In this document: piece after piece, positions 46,452 to 55,587 of the stretch
Layout of the letters: every line of letters begins with the position of its first letter
Position numbering within the stretch: the first letter of the stretch is position 1
From: Terriglobia bacterium
Lineage (GTDB): Bacteria; Acidobacteriota; Terriglobia; UBA7540
DNA length: 64,000 bases
Assembly (NCBI GenBank): GCA_035945515.1
Contig: DASZAE010000032.1
Coordinates: 45,082 to 109,081, forward strand
Reading direction: 5' to 3'
Translations under genes and position numbers: made by a program
The notes under the pieces: generated by a model
Database searches by the model: none
The model's input: only the letters and a program-made list of their open reading frames with translations
Told to the model about the DNA's origin: nothing

Positions 46452-47184
46452 CGTTTGTCTCCCTTAATTCCCCGGCGCCACAATCCCCTTCAGTGCGTTT
46501 GGCCAACGCTGGCGTGCTGTGTTCTCCGGCGCCGTGTTGCTCATCTTGCATCCTGCGCGGCACGGTGCGCTGCCGACGGAATTGAGGTTGAAGTGACAAG
46601 GTAGGCTTCCCTTGTTCGTCATGATCGAACTTCCAGACCTCAGTCGCTGCCAACCTCGTTCGATCGGTGAAATTCCTCCGCGAGTAAGCCGCCGTGAAAT
46701 CTACGGATGAAGAAAAAACTGCAACAGCGAGGGATAGCTGAGGGCGCGATGACCATTGGCTGAGGTCTCGGAGCGCACGCTCGAATGCAACGCGCGCGTC
46801 CCAGTCAGGAGTATCCTGGTCGAGATAAAGCGCCGGAAAAGCGGTCACCATCAAGACCTGAGCGGGAAAACTGGCAACGAATTGCGGAACGCGGGCAATC
46901 AGTTCGGCAAGCTGAAAACAGGTGAATGCCCGTGCAATCTGAACGGAGCGGCAGAACTGCTCAAAGGAAATGCCAGACTGCCGGGCGAGTCTTGCCATCA
47001 GATGAGGACTGGCGGAATTCGCGCCGTCCAGAAACAGAATGCGTCGTCCCTTCCGAATCAGACCCGGCAAAAAGTAATGGCTCAGCCGAAGCGCTTCCCG
47101 GTTGCCCTCAAAGAGTGCGAATCCGCGCACGGGTAAGGACCAAGGTTTTCGTAAAGGTGTCGCTGGTACTGTAAAAAATCCCAT
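46414..47184 (-). CDS. Inactivated RadA/RecA-like protein of the PolB2 cassette
   Basis: ILFLDGANS, VQIARAFTCFQL, ALYLDQD; no Walker A lysine; ATG 47184 follows a purine-rich RBS. Confidence 0.75.
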   Translation of the reverse strand: MGFFTVPATPLRKPWSLPVRGFALFEGNREALRLSHYFLPGLIRKGRRILFLDGANSASPHLMARLARQSGISFEQFCRSVQIARAFTCFQLAELIARVPQFVASFPAQVLMVTAFPALYLDQDTPDWDARVAFERALRDLSQWSSRPQLSLAVAVFSSSVDFTAAYSRRNFTDRTRLAATEVWKFDHDEQGKPTLSLQPQFRRQRTVPRRMQDEQHGAGEHSTPALAKRTEGDCGAGELRETNDGANGRNISRLD

Positions 47185-47209
47185 AATTTCCCTTTCCCCT
47201 TCCTTCCAA

Positions 47210-47238
47210 ACCATAGGCGAATAAAAAGCGAATGTCAA
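47210..47238 (-). promoter_or_regulatory. Sigma70 promoter of the PolB2 cassette containing a LexA-like direct repeat
   Basis: TTGACA-17 nt-TATGGT; ATTC-N7-ATTC at 47219-47233. Confidence 0.7.
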
Positions 47239-47497
47239 GACAAGATCACCTGTCTGGCGCGAGGAAGCTCAGCGAAGGCATTTAGATTCTGCGACTTATT
47301 AGGCCGCCTCAAGGTCCGCCTCTTCCGTTGCGAGTATTACAAAGCAAAATGAGCACGGTTGCAGTTGGGAGTAACAGGCCAGGACGCGGATCCAAAGAAG
47401 GCGGTTGACGGCCGAATTGACGTCCCACGTCTGACGATGGATAGGGCGATTCATCACTGTGTTGTCCTTCAAATTGTTTCGAAAGGAAGTGAATTCC

Positions 47498-48940
47498 ATG
47501 ATCATCGGTGTAACTCACGACTCCGGTGGCCGCGTGATCCAGCGGTTGTCGGTTTCAACCAAGCTTGCCATCGGCTTGCCGCCGAATGGCGACCGCAATT
47601 ATCCCACCAAGCTCGACCACTTTGTTTTTTTGCGCAAAAAGAGAACGACCAAGGGTGTTGAGTGGGAACTTGACCCGGAGTTAACGGAGCACTACGGCAA
47701 GGGCTGCCGCGAAGTCCGTATCGTGCTGATTGACGACGATGTGGAGAACATTTTTCCCACTTCCTACGCCTGGTGGACAGCGGTGGAGAGGAAGTGCTGG
47801 GGTGATGGAACGTCGGCAACCCGCCGCACTCCCGAAAAGCCCGGCGGGCAGCCCTGGACGCCGTGCGGTAGCGGCTGCCCGGAATTAGCTTCTGGCCTTT
47901 GCAAGCCGAGCGGCGACCTGCGTTTTGTCCTCGCGGACTTTCCAAGACTGGGAAGCGTCTGCCGGATTCACACCAGTTCCTACCGGTCGATCCGGCAGAT
48001 TCATTCGGCTCTTCAGGAGATTCAGGGCTTTACGGGAGGTCGCCTCGCCGGGCTCACGGCGAAGCTGGTGGTCCGGCCTGAGGAAGCAGCCTATTTCGAC
48101 GCCAAGGACAACCGCAAGAAATCTACCACCATCTGGGCACTGAGCCTGGAGGTGGATGGCGCAGACATGCAGAAGCTGGTTTCAAACCTCACCGAGAACG
48201 CCCGCGTGTTTGCCGAGACACGGAAGCTGTTGGGCGGTGGGCGGGTGATCGAGGTAGTTGAAGACGAGGAGGAGCAGGCTCCTGAGCTGGCGAAGGAGTT
48301 TTACCTGCCGGCCTCCGCTACATCCTCGCCTGGCGGGGTTACAGGCGCTGCGAGAGTCAGCGATTCCGTGAATGGGCCTGACCATTCGCACGACACCCTT
48401 CCGCCCGCTCCCTTAATTGACAAGCCGTCGACGAAACCTCCGCTCCGCGAACCGCAGCGAAGGGCGGCGCAAACGAGCGCCCAGGGAAGTGGCGCGGCAA
48501 AACAGGCGAATCTGCAGGCACCGGCTGGCGCTGCTGAAGGCGATCAGGTCAACGCGATCGCCGGCGACTCGCGAGGGGATGCGCGTCCGGATACCTCCAG
48601 CAACCATCAACCCGCAAAACCTCAAAAGCCAACCGGATCAATACCAAAAGGCACGGCGACAACGGGCGATGGACAGCCAAAGGCGAACGTATTTCGCGGC
48701 ATTGTCGGGCCGCTCGAGCCGAACGAGTCGGGTAACACTTTGCGCCATAGCAGCAGCGGCGTTGACTACGTGGTGTTTAACATTTCGCAGAAAGGCTCGG
48801 CGGCCACGGTTTATTGCAACCGCCCGGAAATGCTGCCGGAGATTGCTCAGCGCCAGGGTCGAGAAGCGACCGCTCAAGTTGCGCTGATCGGCAACAACGG
48901 CCACTCATATTGCGTGCTCGATCATTTTGTGGAGGGCTGA
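47498..48940 (+). CDS. Gp3-like (recombination directionality factor-like) protein with a low-complexity linker and C-terminal domain
   Basis: YPTKLDHF, KCWGDG, PC..GC..CKPSGDLRF, HTSSYRSI. Confidence 0.65.
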   Translation: MIIGVTHDSGGRVIQRLSVSTKLAIGLPPNGDRNYPTKLDHFVFLRKKRTTKGVEWELDPELTEHYGKGCREVRIVLIDDDVENIFPTSYAWWTAVERKCWGDGTSATRRTPEKPGGQPWTPCGSGCPELASGLCKPSGDLRFVLADFPRLGSVCRIHTSSYRSIRQIHSALQEIQGFTGGRLAGLTAKLVVRPEEAAYFDAKDNRKKSTTIWALSLEVDGADMQKLVSNLTENARVFAETRKLLGGGRVIEVVEDEEEQAPELAKEFYLPASATSSPGGVTGAARVSDSVNGPDHSHDTLPPAPLIDKPSTKPPLREPQRRAAQTSAQGSGAAKQANLQAPAGAAEGDQVNAIAGDSRGDARPDTSSNHQPAKPQKPTGSIPKGTATTGDGQPKANVFRGIVGPLEPNESGNTLRHSSSGVDYVVFNISQKGSAATVYCNRPEMLPEIAQRQGREATAQVALIGNNGHSYCVLDHFVEG

Positions 48941-48944
48941 GACT

Positions 48945-49598
48945 GTGGCTATCGAATTTAACTTCGATTCACAACGGCACCTCTATCTTGTTCATGGGCG
49001 GCCCGTGCCTAGCGTGACACAGGTGCTCCATGCGTCCGGCCTTGCGGCTGATTATTCGACCGTTGATGCGGAGACTCTGGAGCGCAAGCGTGTCATCGGG
49101 GAATATGTACACAAAGCCACACAATACCTGGATGAGGGAAGCCTCGACTACGAAAGCGTAGACCCATCGCTTCAAGGATACCTCGCCGCTTACGAGGCTT
49201 TTCTGAGAGAGTCCGGCTTCAAGCCCCAACTTATCGAGCAGCGGTTGGTCGGGCGCGTGAGCGGAATGCTGTGCGGTGGCACCGTCGATCGTGTCGGGGT
49301 GATGGCCGGCAAGTTGTGGATTATTGACCTCAAGTGCATCGACCGGCTCTATCCCAGTTTCGCCATTCAAACTGCTGGCTACGAATTAATCTTGCCGAAA
49401 CCAGTTGTTCCACCCTTCAGGTACACCCGCGCCGTGCTGCAACTGAGGCATGACGGTTCGTATAAGCTCAGCCCATCCTATGAAGATGCGGCGGACCTCG
49501 ATATCTTTCGCGCCGCACTCGCCCTCACGGTATGGAAGATCAACCATGGCTGGGCGATTGAGACGGGCGCCTGGTCAGAAGTAGACGAAGCGGCATAG
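48945..49598 (+). CDS. Phage-type PD-(D/E)XK exonuclease
   Basis: H.Y..G.PVPSVTQVL, GEYVH, GTVDRV, IIDLK, QTAGY. Confidence 0.8.
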   Translation: MAIEFNFDSQRHLYLVHGRPVPSVTQVLHASGLAADYSTVDAETLERKRVIGEYVHKATQYLDEGSLDYESVDPSLQGYLAAYEAFLRESGFKPQLIEQRLVGRVSGMLCGGTVDRVGVMAGKLWIIDLKCIDRLYPSFAIQTAGYELILPKPVVPPFRYTRAVLQLRHDGSYKLSPSYEDAADLDIFRAALALTVWKINHGWAIETGAWSEVDEAA

Positions 49599-49622
49599 CA
49601 GTTATCCGAGGAGGATTCACCA

Positions 49623-50474
49623 ATGGCAACCGAAACGGCTTTAACCCTGATCAGCCCGCCTGATCTGAGGCTGCCGGAAACCGAGGAGACGAATCTATCG
49701 GCCCTGGTTGAGAAGAAGATCGAGGAGACGAAGACGCTCACCATGGTTTCAACCGATAAGCAGTTCGAGGCTGCCGGCGAGGAGCTGAAAGCGATCGCGC
49801 AATTGCGGTCGCACCTCGAGCGCGCCATCAGGCCTTACATCACCTTCTGGCATCAGGGCCACAAGACGCATACGCAACTCCTGGCGACGCTCGACGGGCC
49901 GCTCGAAGCCCGGGAACGGTCGATCAAACAGGGTCTATCCCGGTACCAGCGGGAGAAGGAGGAAGCACGACGCCGGGAAGAAGAGCGGCTGCGGCGGGAA
50001 ACGGAAGAGCTGCGTCGCAGGCTGGAAGAGGAAGATCGCATGCGGAAGGAAATAGAAGCTGAGGCGGCCAGACGGAAGCTCGAAGAAGAGGCGCTGGCTG
50101 AAGCGGCCGCCCGCGAAGCCGAAGGCGATCACGAAACGGCAGAGTTAATTCTTGAGCACGCGGTTGAGCAAACGGAAGCTCTGCCCGAGCCTGAGCCTCA
50201 GGTTCCAATCGTGCTGGTAGCACCTGTTATCCAGGCGGTCACGCCTAAGGTGCGCGGTGTCGCTTTCCGCGAAGTACCGAGATGGCGCATGCGGTGCGGG
50301 CATGAGCGGGCCGATGACCCGAATTGTGCGACCTGCCGCTGTGTTCCGCGGGAGTATCTGGTGCTCGATCCGAAACGGGTGCAGGCGCGGATCAACGGTT
50401 TCGGGGTCAATGCTAACATCCCTGGTATTGAAGTTTGGATGGAGTGTCAAACAAGCATTCGCCGGAAACCGTGA
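49623..50474 (+). CDS. Phage-like coiled-coil protein
   Basis: GAGGA RBS; E/R-rich coil; C-terminal VPREYL..IPGIEV. Confidence 0.7.
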   Translation: MATETALTLISPPDLRLPETEETNLSALVEKKIEETKTLTMVSTDKQFEAAGEELKAIAQLRSHLERAIRPYITFWHQGHKTHTQLLATLDGPLEARERSIKQGLSRYQREKEEARRREEERLRRETEELRRRLEEEDRMRKEIEAEAARRKLEEEALAEAAAREAEGDHETAELILEHAVEQTEALPEPEPQVPIVLVAPVIQAVTPKVRGVAFREVPRWRMRCGHERADDPNCATCRCVPREYLVLDPKRVQARINGFGVNANIPGIEVWMECQTSIRRKP

Positions 50475-50580
50475 TGGGAACTTGCAGGTGAAGGAATGCG
50501 CTTCAGTCACATCGCCCGCCCCGAGCATGGCTGGCTTTGCCACGTGTTTCGCCCGGTCGGGTCTTACACAGCAGCAGGTT

Positions 50581-50991
50581 CTAACAGAGAAGGTCGATAC
50601 CAGCCTTTTGAGCGGCGGTTCGCATCTTGCTGTCGAGGGTCGCCAGCGGCAGGTTGCGGCGGAGCGCTAGTTCAAAATATGCGGCATCATAAGCCGTCAG
50701 CCCCGACTGGCGAGCCGCTGCAATCAGGGCAGAGGGTGTCGTAGGACCGACTTCAAGGAACGCAGCGAGGCGTTCAATATCGCTGATATGTCCTGAGACA
50801 GTCTGCATCGATGCCCGGCCACTCCGTTCCACCGTTATGAGAGCATTCGAGACTTCGTAGTACCAGAGCTCAGGGACAATGCCAATCGTTCCTGACTGGA
50901 GGAGGTGTAAGACGCGCTGGGCTATGCGCGGCGTTGGTGTATCGACCATCCAACCGATCGCCGTCGAAGCGTCCAGGACCAGGTACTTCAA
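50581..50991 (-). CDS. vapC: VapC PIN-domain toxin
   Basis: LVLDAS, YEVSNAL, LTAYDAAYFELA, LATLD. Confidence 0.9.
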   Translation of the reverse strand: MKYLVLDASTAIGWMVDTPTPRIAQRVLHLLQSGTIGIVPELWYYEVSNALITVERSGRASMQTVSGHISDIERLAAFLEVGPTTPSALIAAARQSGLTAYDAAYFELALRRNLPLATLDSKMRTAAQKAGIDLLC

Positions 50992-51227
50992 CGGCGCCGC
51001 CCCTCATCGATCAAATCCTTGACTGTGACCCCCTTGGAAAGTTTGATCCGGGGACGGCTCGTGATGGAGTCAAAAATCTCCTTCAGGGTCCGCTCGCGTT
51101 CTGCGGGCATCGGAAGCAAACGCGCCTGCCCTTTTCCGCGGCGCGTGATGATGATCTCTTCGCCCCGGGACGCTCGCTCAACCAGTTGCGAGAGCTTCTG
51201 TTTAGCCTCGAATATCCCCACCGTCAT
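50988..51227 (-). CDS. Phd/YefM antitoxin
   Basis: VGIFEAKQKLSQLVERASRGEEIIITRRG. Confidence 0.9.
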   Translation of the reverse strand: MTVGIFEAKQKLSQLVERASRGEEIIITRRGKGQARLLPMPAERERTLKEIFDSITSRPRIKLSKGVTVKDLIDEGRRR

Positions 51228-51436
51228 GGGCCCCGCACCTCCTAGACAGATAAAAACCTAACAAGATGATCTTACTATCCAGATTCGTGGCACGTCAACC
51301 ACGTCCAGTTTCCACGCTCGCTAAGTGCGCGGGCGGCCTTCCGACCGAACCTTCGCGCCTCAAAAGGGGACATGCGATCTATTTACTACTACTATCCACC
51401 GGAATTTTATCCATATCCCAACCAGGAGGAACCTTC

Positions 51437-51901
51437 ATGTTTACCAAGCTCATGCCGCTGCTCGCGGGGCGTACCGTGCTCATCACGATCACCCGCGAGA
51501 GCGACAGCGCCATTCACGCTACGGTTGTGCCGAAGCGTATTAAAGAAAGTGACAATCCAGCCCTTTCAACTCCGCTGACGGTTACGGGCACGCCGGAAGA
51601 ACTCGACCGCGAACTTCCGCGAGTGCTCACCGAATACATTGAGACTCACCAGCGGCTTTCAACCACGCTGGCGCAAGCCAAAGCGGAGATGGAAGCCACG
51701 GCCAAAGCCGCACAGGAAGAGGCGAAACGCAAGAGCGATGAACGCCGGAAGGCGAAAAGCCCTTCGTCAGCCGCTCCTGCTTTAGCGGAAGCCGCGACTC
51801 CGGCTAAGACCGAGCTGGCCCCGCCTCCAAGCACCAACCTGTTTGGCGGCACGGCTGCTCAGGCTGACCAATCTCAACCAGGAGGAAAATTATGTCTGTG
51901 A
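51437..51901 (+). CDS. PRTRC system protein E
   Basis: MFTKLMPLL, ALSTPLTVTGTPEELD; Ala-rich tail. Confidence 0.85.
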   Translation: MFTKLMPLLAGRTVLITITRESDSAIHATVVPKRIKESDNPALSTPLTVTGTPEELDRELPRVLTEYIETHQRLSTTLAQAKAEMEATAKAAQEEAKRKSDERRKAKSPSSAAPALAEAATPAKTELAPPPSTNLFGGTAAQADQSQPGGKLCL

Positions 51902-52101
51902 ACGTCACCCCATGCCCGCGGGTGTTTTCTTATGCCGGACTCACGCTGCCCGATCCTAACGTCACGCTCTCGCCAGAAGAGGTGAAGGCAATTTACGCGG
52001 GCCAATATCCGGAACTTGCTACCGCCGCCATCAATGGCCCTGAGGCTATCGGTGACAAGCTGCGGTACGAGTTCGTGCGTGCAGTAGGGTCCAAAGGGTA
52101 G
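51892..52101 (+). CDS. PRTRC system protein C (ubiquitin-like)
   Basis: RVFSY.G..LPDP..LSPEEV..YA..YPELATA..GP, ends AVGSKG. Confidence 0.9.
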   Translation: MSVNVTPCPRVFSYAGLTLPDPNVTLSPEEVKAIYAGQYPELATAAINGPEAIGDKLRYEFVRAVGSKG

Positions 52102-52106
52102 CTCTA

Positions 52107-52331
52107 ATGTCTGAAACGAAGACCCCTTCAACCCGGAAGGCGGTCCTGGCCGAGTTAACGGATTTGGCCGAGGGCCGCCACCCGGACTACCAAACCATTA
52201 CCGGGAGGTTTATACGCGACCCGGAATTTCAGCACGCTTCAGAGATTCTTTACCGCGCCATCCGTGCAGAACAGCGCTGTCACCGAAGCGGAGAAATCAA
52301 CCCGCCTCTGGGCTGGCTGCTGCCTGCCTGA
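52107..52331 (+). CDS. Small hypothetical protein in the PRTRC operon
   Basis: Fills the operon gap; coupled to the next gene. Confidence 0.55.
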   Translation: MSETKTPSTRKAVLAELTDLAEGRHPDYQTITGRFIRDPEFQHASEILYRAIRAEQRCHRSGEINPPLGWLLPA

Positions 52332-53323
52332 TGGGTGAGAACGGCAGCGCCCTTCTGCCACGGCTGGATCGCGTCGCCGTCAAGCGCCAAATCGCGGGTG
52401 AAGACCCGCGAGCGATCGTGTTAGCTCGGACGCTGACCGAGCTGGGTATTGCGGATCCTAACGACTGGCAGCGGAGTGTGTCAGGTTATGTTCATCGAAC
52501 ACTCGACCGCTGGATTCGGCAACACGGCAGGGACGTGGTGCGCGACGAGTTTTCTCTCGACGCCACGCTCAGTAATACTACCGACCCTTCGAGCAGCGAG
52601 GACCTTGATCCCAACCTGCTATACCTCACAGTTGGGGCTAACGCGGCGGGCTATTTCGTCCTTGGGCCAACGGTCGATCTGCTCAAACCGGCCGATCCCC
52701 GGCTGCCGGTTACCTTCTATCACTTGCTCGTGGATGCCGTCGGGCGGTGGGTGCGAGTCTACGACTATCGAGATGCGCTGGAGCGTGTCGAGATGTGGAA
52801 GAACTGGATCGAAGGCGAAGCGAACGCGGAGGAATATGAAATCCCCGAGGTCGGAGGCTCGATCCCCGCAGCGATGAAGGAAAAGCCTTTGAGCATAGAG
52901 GCGTTACGCCGTCTGATCACCAGCTTGCAAGATGAACGCATCCGCCGCCTGCTCGATGCCGCGGTCAACCTGGACAGGATTTCACGAGCGTCAAGCCCAC
53001 CAGAAATCAGCGAGAGTACGCGAGAAGCCTTTATGGACGCGAACCCGCCGCTGCCAGGGCTTGTGGTGAGTTTCAAACGCCAGGATGCCATTATGGGATG
53101 CTTTGATGAAGAGAGCGAGACCATGCTAGAGGTGACACCGGAGCCTTGCTTCCTAGCGGAAATCAATCCCCAGGATACGAGAAGCGTCCGTCGGGCTTTC
53201 GATTCGCTGGCCGCGCTGTCGATGACGCTCACGGCGGCAAGCCGTCTGGCAAGATTGCTGCCCGGCAACAGCGAAACGGAGGCGCAGGATGAAGGCACAT
53301 GTCGAGATCGGGGAGACTCATAA
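52331..53323 (+). CDS. PRTRC system protein F-like
   Basis: Position between C and B; LGPTVDLL....PRLP segment; acidic composition. Confidence 0.6.
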   Translation: MGENGSALLPRLDRVAVKRQIAGEDPRAIVLARTLTELGIADPNDWQRSVSGYVHRTLDRWIRQHGRDVVRDEFSLDATLSNTTDPSSSEDLDPNLLYLTVGANAAGYFVLGPTVDLLKPADPRLPVTFYHLLVDAVGRWVRVYDYRDALERVEMWKNWIEGEANAEEYEIPEVGGSIPAAMKEKPLSIEALRRLITSLQDERIRRLLDAAVNLDRISRASSPPEISESTREAFMDANPPLPGLVVSFKRQDAIMGCFDEESETMLEVTPEPCFLAEINPQDTRSVRRAFDSLAALSMTLTAASRLARLLPGNSETEAQDEGTCRDRGDS

Positions 53324-53996
53324 CCTGGAACTCTGCCACGCGCTGCTAGTATATGCGGACGGGCGCCGGGCGTTTGCGAGTTTGCACGATGTGACCAAGC
53401 CGGATGAAGGAGCGCCGTTGCTGGGACCTGCCCGGCCCTTGAGCCTGGCATTTGTGCGCGAACTCGCCAGCGGTCTCGGATCGCAAGCTGCACCAGAAAT
53501 TCTGCCCGCAACCGTCTTGGCACGGACTCCGGAGATGATCGCCTGGTGGAGCCCGGCATCACGCCAAATCATGTTCTTTGGCGAGGCCAATGCGGAGGCA
53601 AGGAAATTGAACGGTAAGCTCTTTCCTCACCCACCGCTGGTGTTCAAGGTGTGTGGCCGCGAGCTCTTTGTCCGCGCGTTAGAGAAAAACGCCCGTCCCG
53701 AAGCTGCGACGCCGCTGAAGATCGCCCCGTTTTGGAATGTGGCCGGCGACGATGGCCGGGTTTGCCTGGGAACGGCGCGGGCGCCGGAAGACGTCTCGGC
53801 AGCCTCGATTGCGGCCTGGGAGAGCTGTTTTCATCGAAGCGAATATACGCATGTCCTGGGCGCGGTGCGGCTGACGACGCATCCCGGCGGCTTTGTGGGA
53901 CTGTGGCACAGTTTAGCGGGGAAGAAGCGATTCCCGCCGCAATACCTTACCGATGCTCGTGAAACCTTGCACGAGTTTGTAAAGGGGGAGAAATAA
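53289..53996 (+). CDS. PRTRC system protein B (prokaryotic E2-like)
   Basis: ASLHDV, IAWWSPA, PHPPLVF, APFWNV..GRVCLG, FHRSEYTH. Confidence 0.88.
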   Translation: MKAHVEIGETHNLELCHALLVYADGRRAFASLHDVTKPDEGAPLLGPARPLSLAFVRELASGLGSQAAPEILPATVLARTPEMIAWWSPASRQIMFFGEANAEARKLNGKLFPHPPLVFKVCGRELFVRALEKNARPEAATPLKIAPFWNVAGDDGRVCLGTARAPEDVSAASIAAWESCFHRSEYTHVLGAVRLTTHPGGFVGLWHSLAGKKRFPPQYLTDARETLHEFVKGEK

Positions 53997-53999
53997 CCT

Positions 54000-54836
54000 A
54001 TGGAAACCCACCGGCTGCACGAAGAATTACTGCGGCGAAAGGTGAACATCCTGGTGGTGGGTTGCGGCGGCAGCGGAAGCGCTGTCGTAGGAGGGTTGCC
54101 ATATCTGCACGGCGCCATGCTTGCGCAAGGTCATCCGTATGGGTTGCAGGTCACGGTAATGGACGGCGACACGATTTCGCCTTTCAATTCAGTCCGCCAG
54201 CCCTTTGCGAAGAATGAAGTTGGGTTAAACAAGGCGATCGTATTGGTGAACCGCATCAATCTCTTTTGGGGACTGGGGTGGGCTGCCATACCGAGAGCCT
54301 TAACCGAAGAGCCCTTGCATCCGCAATATGCCTCTTACAATGGACAATCTTTGCACCCGGACATTGTGATCGGCTGCGTGGATACCCGCGCGGCACGGGC
54401 GATGATCGCAAAGTGCGTTTCGGGCTGGAGTCTCACCGGCTACTGGCTCGATATTGGCAATGCTTCTTCGAGCGGTCAGTTTGCACTAGGCGAGCCGCTG
54501 AACGCGAGGAACAAGCGCTCTGCCATGCGCTTGAGAACAGTGAGTGAGCTCTACCCTGAAGTGAGTAACTCTGCCCTTGACGATGACAACGAGCCAAGCT
54601 GCAGCGCGCTGGAAGCTGTCATGCGACAGGAGCCCTATGTGAACGCCGTGCTCGCTCATCACGCCTTGGCGCTACTGGCCCGATTGTTCCGTTACGGCGA
54701 AATCTCCTATCATGGAGCGTTCATTGATGTGGCGGCGGCGCGAACCGTGCCGCTGCCTGTAGATCCCCAGCTTTGGCGGCGCATCCGGAGGCGAAAAGCA
54801 TGCCAGCAATTAGAAGGCAAGTCCCGGGTGGCGTAA
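54000..54836 (+). CDS. PRTRC system ThiF (E1-like) protein
   Basis: VVGCGGSGS, DGD.IS.FN.VRQ, GCVDTRAAR, WLDIGN, PSCSALEA..RQ. Confidence 0.92.
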   Translation: METHRLHEELLRRKVNILVVGCGGSGSAVVGGLPYLHGAMLAQGHPYGLQVTVMDGDTISPFNSVRQPFAKNEVGLNKAIVLVNRINLFWGLGWAAIPRALTEEPLHPQYASYNGQSLHPDIVIGCVDTRAARAMIAKCVSGWSLTGYWLDIGNASSSGQFALGEPLNARNKRSAMRLRTVSELYPEVSNSALDDDNEPSCSALEAVMRQEPYVNAVLAHHALALLARLFRYGEISYHGAFIDVAAARTVPLPVDPQLWRRIRRRKACQQLEGKSRVA

Positions 54837-54916
54837 GGGCGGCGTCACGGCCTTGGCGAGGACGGTCTGACCTTTTCCGAATGCTTTCGCATATAATGGT
54901 CACTGGGGTGGCCACA

Positions 54917-55192
54917 ATGAAAATCAGTACAGTTCGTGAATTTCGTGACAGCGCTACGGGTTTGCTCCACTCTAAAGACCCCGTGCTGGTGACCCGGCGC
55001 GGCAGGTTGGCGGGTGTTTTCTTCCCTTGCCCCCAAACCTCGCTGCCACTTGAACTCAGGCGGGAGGTTTTTGGAATGCTGAGCAGGGTGATCGCGCGCC
55101 ACCTCAAACGGCGCGGTCTCAGCGAGGAAGAAGTGCTAACTGCCTTCGAGCAGTGGCGGAAGGAACGCCGCGCTACTCGCCGCCGACGCTAA
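54917..55192 (+). CDS. Phd-like antitoxin
   Basis: MKISTVREFRD..PVLVTRRGR. Confidence 0.75.
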   Translation: MKISTVREFRDSATGLLHSKDPVLVTRRGRLAGVFFPCPQTSLPLELRREVFGMLSRVIARHLKRRGLSEEEVLTAFEQWRKERRATRRRR

Positions 55193-55587
55193 TGTACTGC
55201 TTTCGGCCGTTCTGGGCGGCCGCGCAAGGCTGATTCTTGAGAGCGCTCGGGTTGATGAAATTCTGACCGTCGAAGAGGTCGTGCGTGAGGTCGAGGAGTA
55301 TGCGGGATTGTTGGCCAGAAAGAAGCGCCTCGCGGAGGATGTGGTGCTTCTCGCGGTAGCGGCCTTGCCGGTAAGCATCATTGGGCTGGCTACCTACGCC
55401 GACGCGATTCCGGAAGCGCAGAGACGCATCGCGCAACGCGACCCGGATGATGTTGATCTTCTTGGCTCTCGCAATTAGCTTCAAAACGCCAGTATGGTCG
55501 AACGACAAGCACTTCAAGAGTACGGGCGTGCCGTGGTTTACGACGGAAGCTCTCCTCCGTCGACTTAACCTGCTCGACGTACATTAG
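55140..55587 (+). pseudogene. PIN-domain toxin with a frameshift near 55460; start approximate
   Basis: AADANVLLSA, RDPDDVDL, then in another frame LALA..PVWSNDKHF. Confidence 0.8.

Noticed and set aside
48945-49598. Cas4 or CRISPR association of the PD-(D/E)XK nuclease
   Set aside because: No Cas4 four-Cys cluster pattern, no cas genes, and no repeat-spacer array seen in the window
49940-50130. Repetitive GAA/GAG/CGG-rich DNA
   Set aside because: Explained by the Glu/Arg coiled coil of the encoded protein; not a DNA repeat array
52765-53562. 265-aa minus-strand ORF
   Set aside because: Antisense to PRTRC F and B, which have operon and motif support
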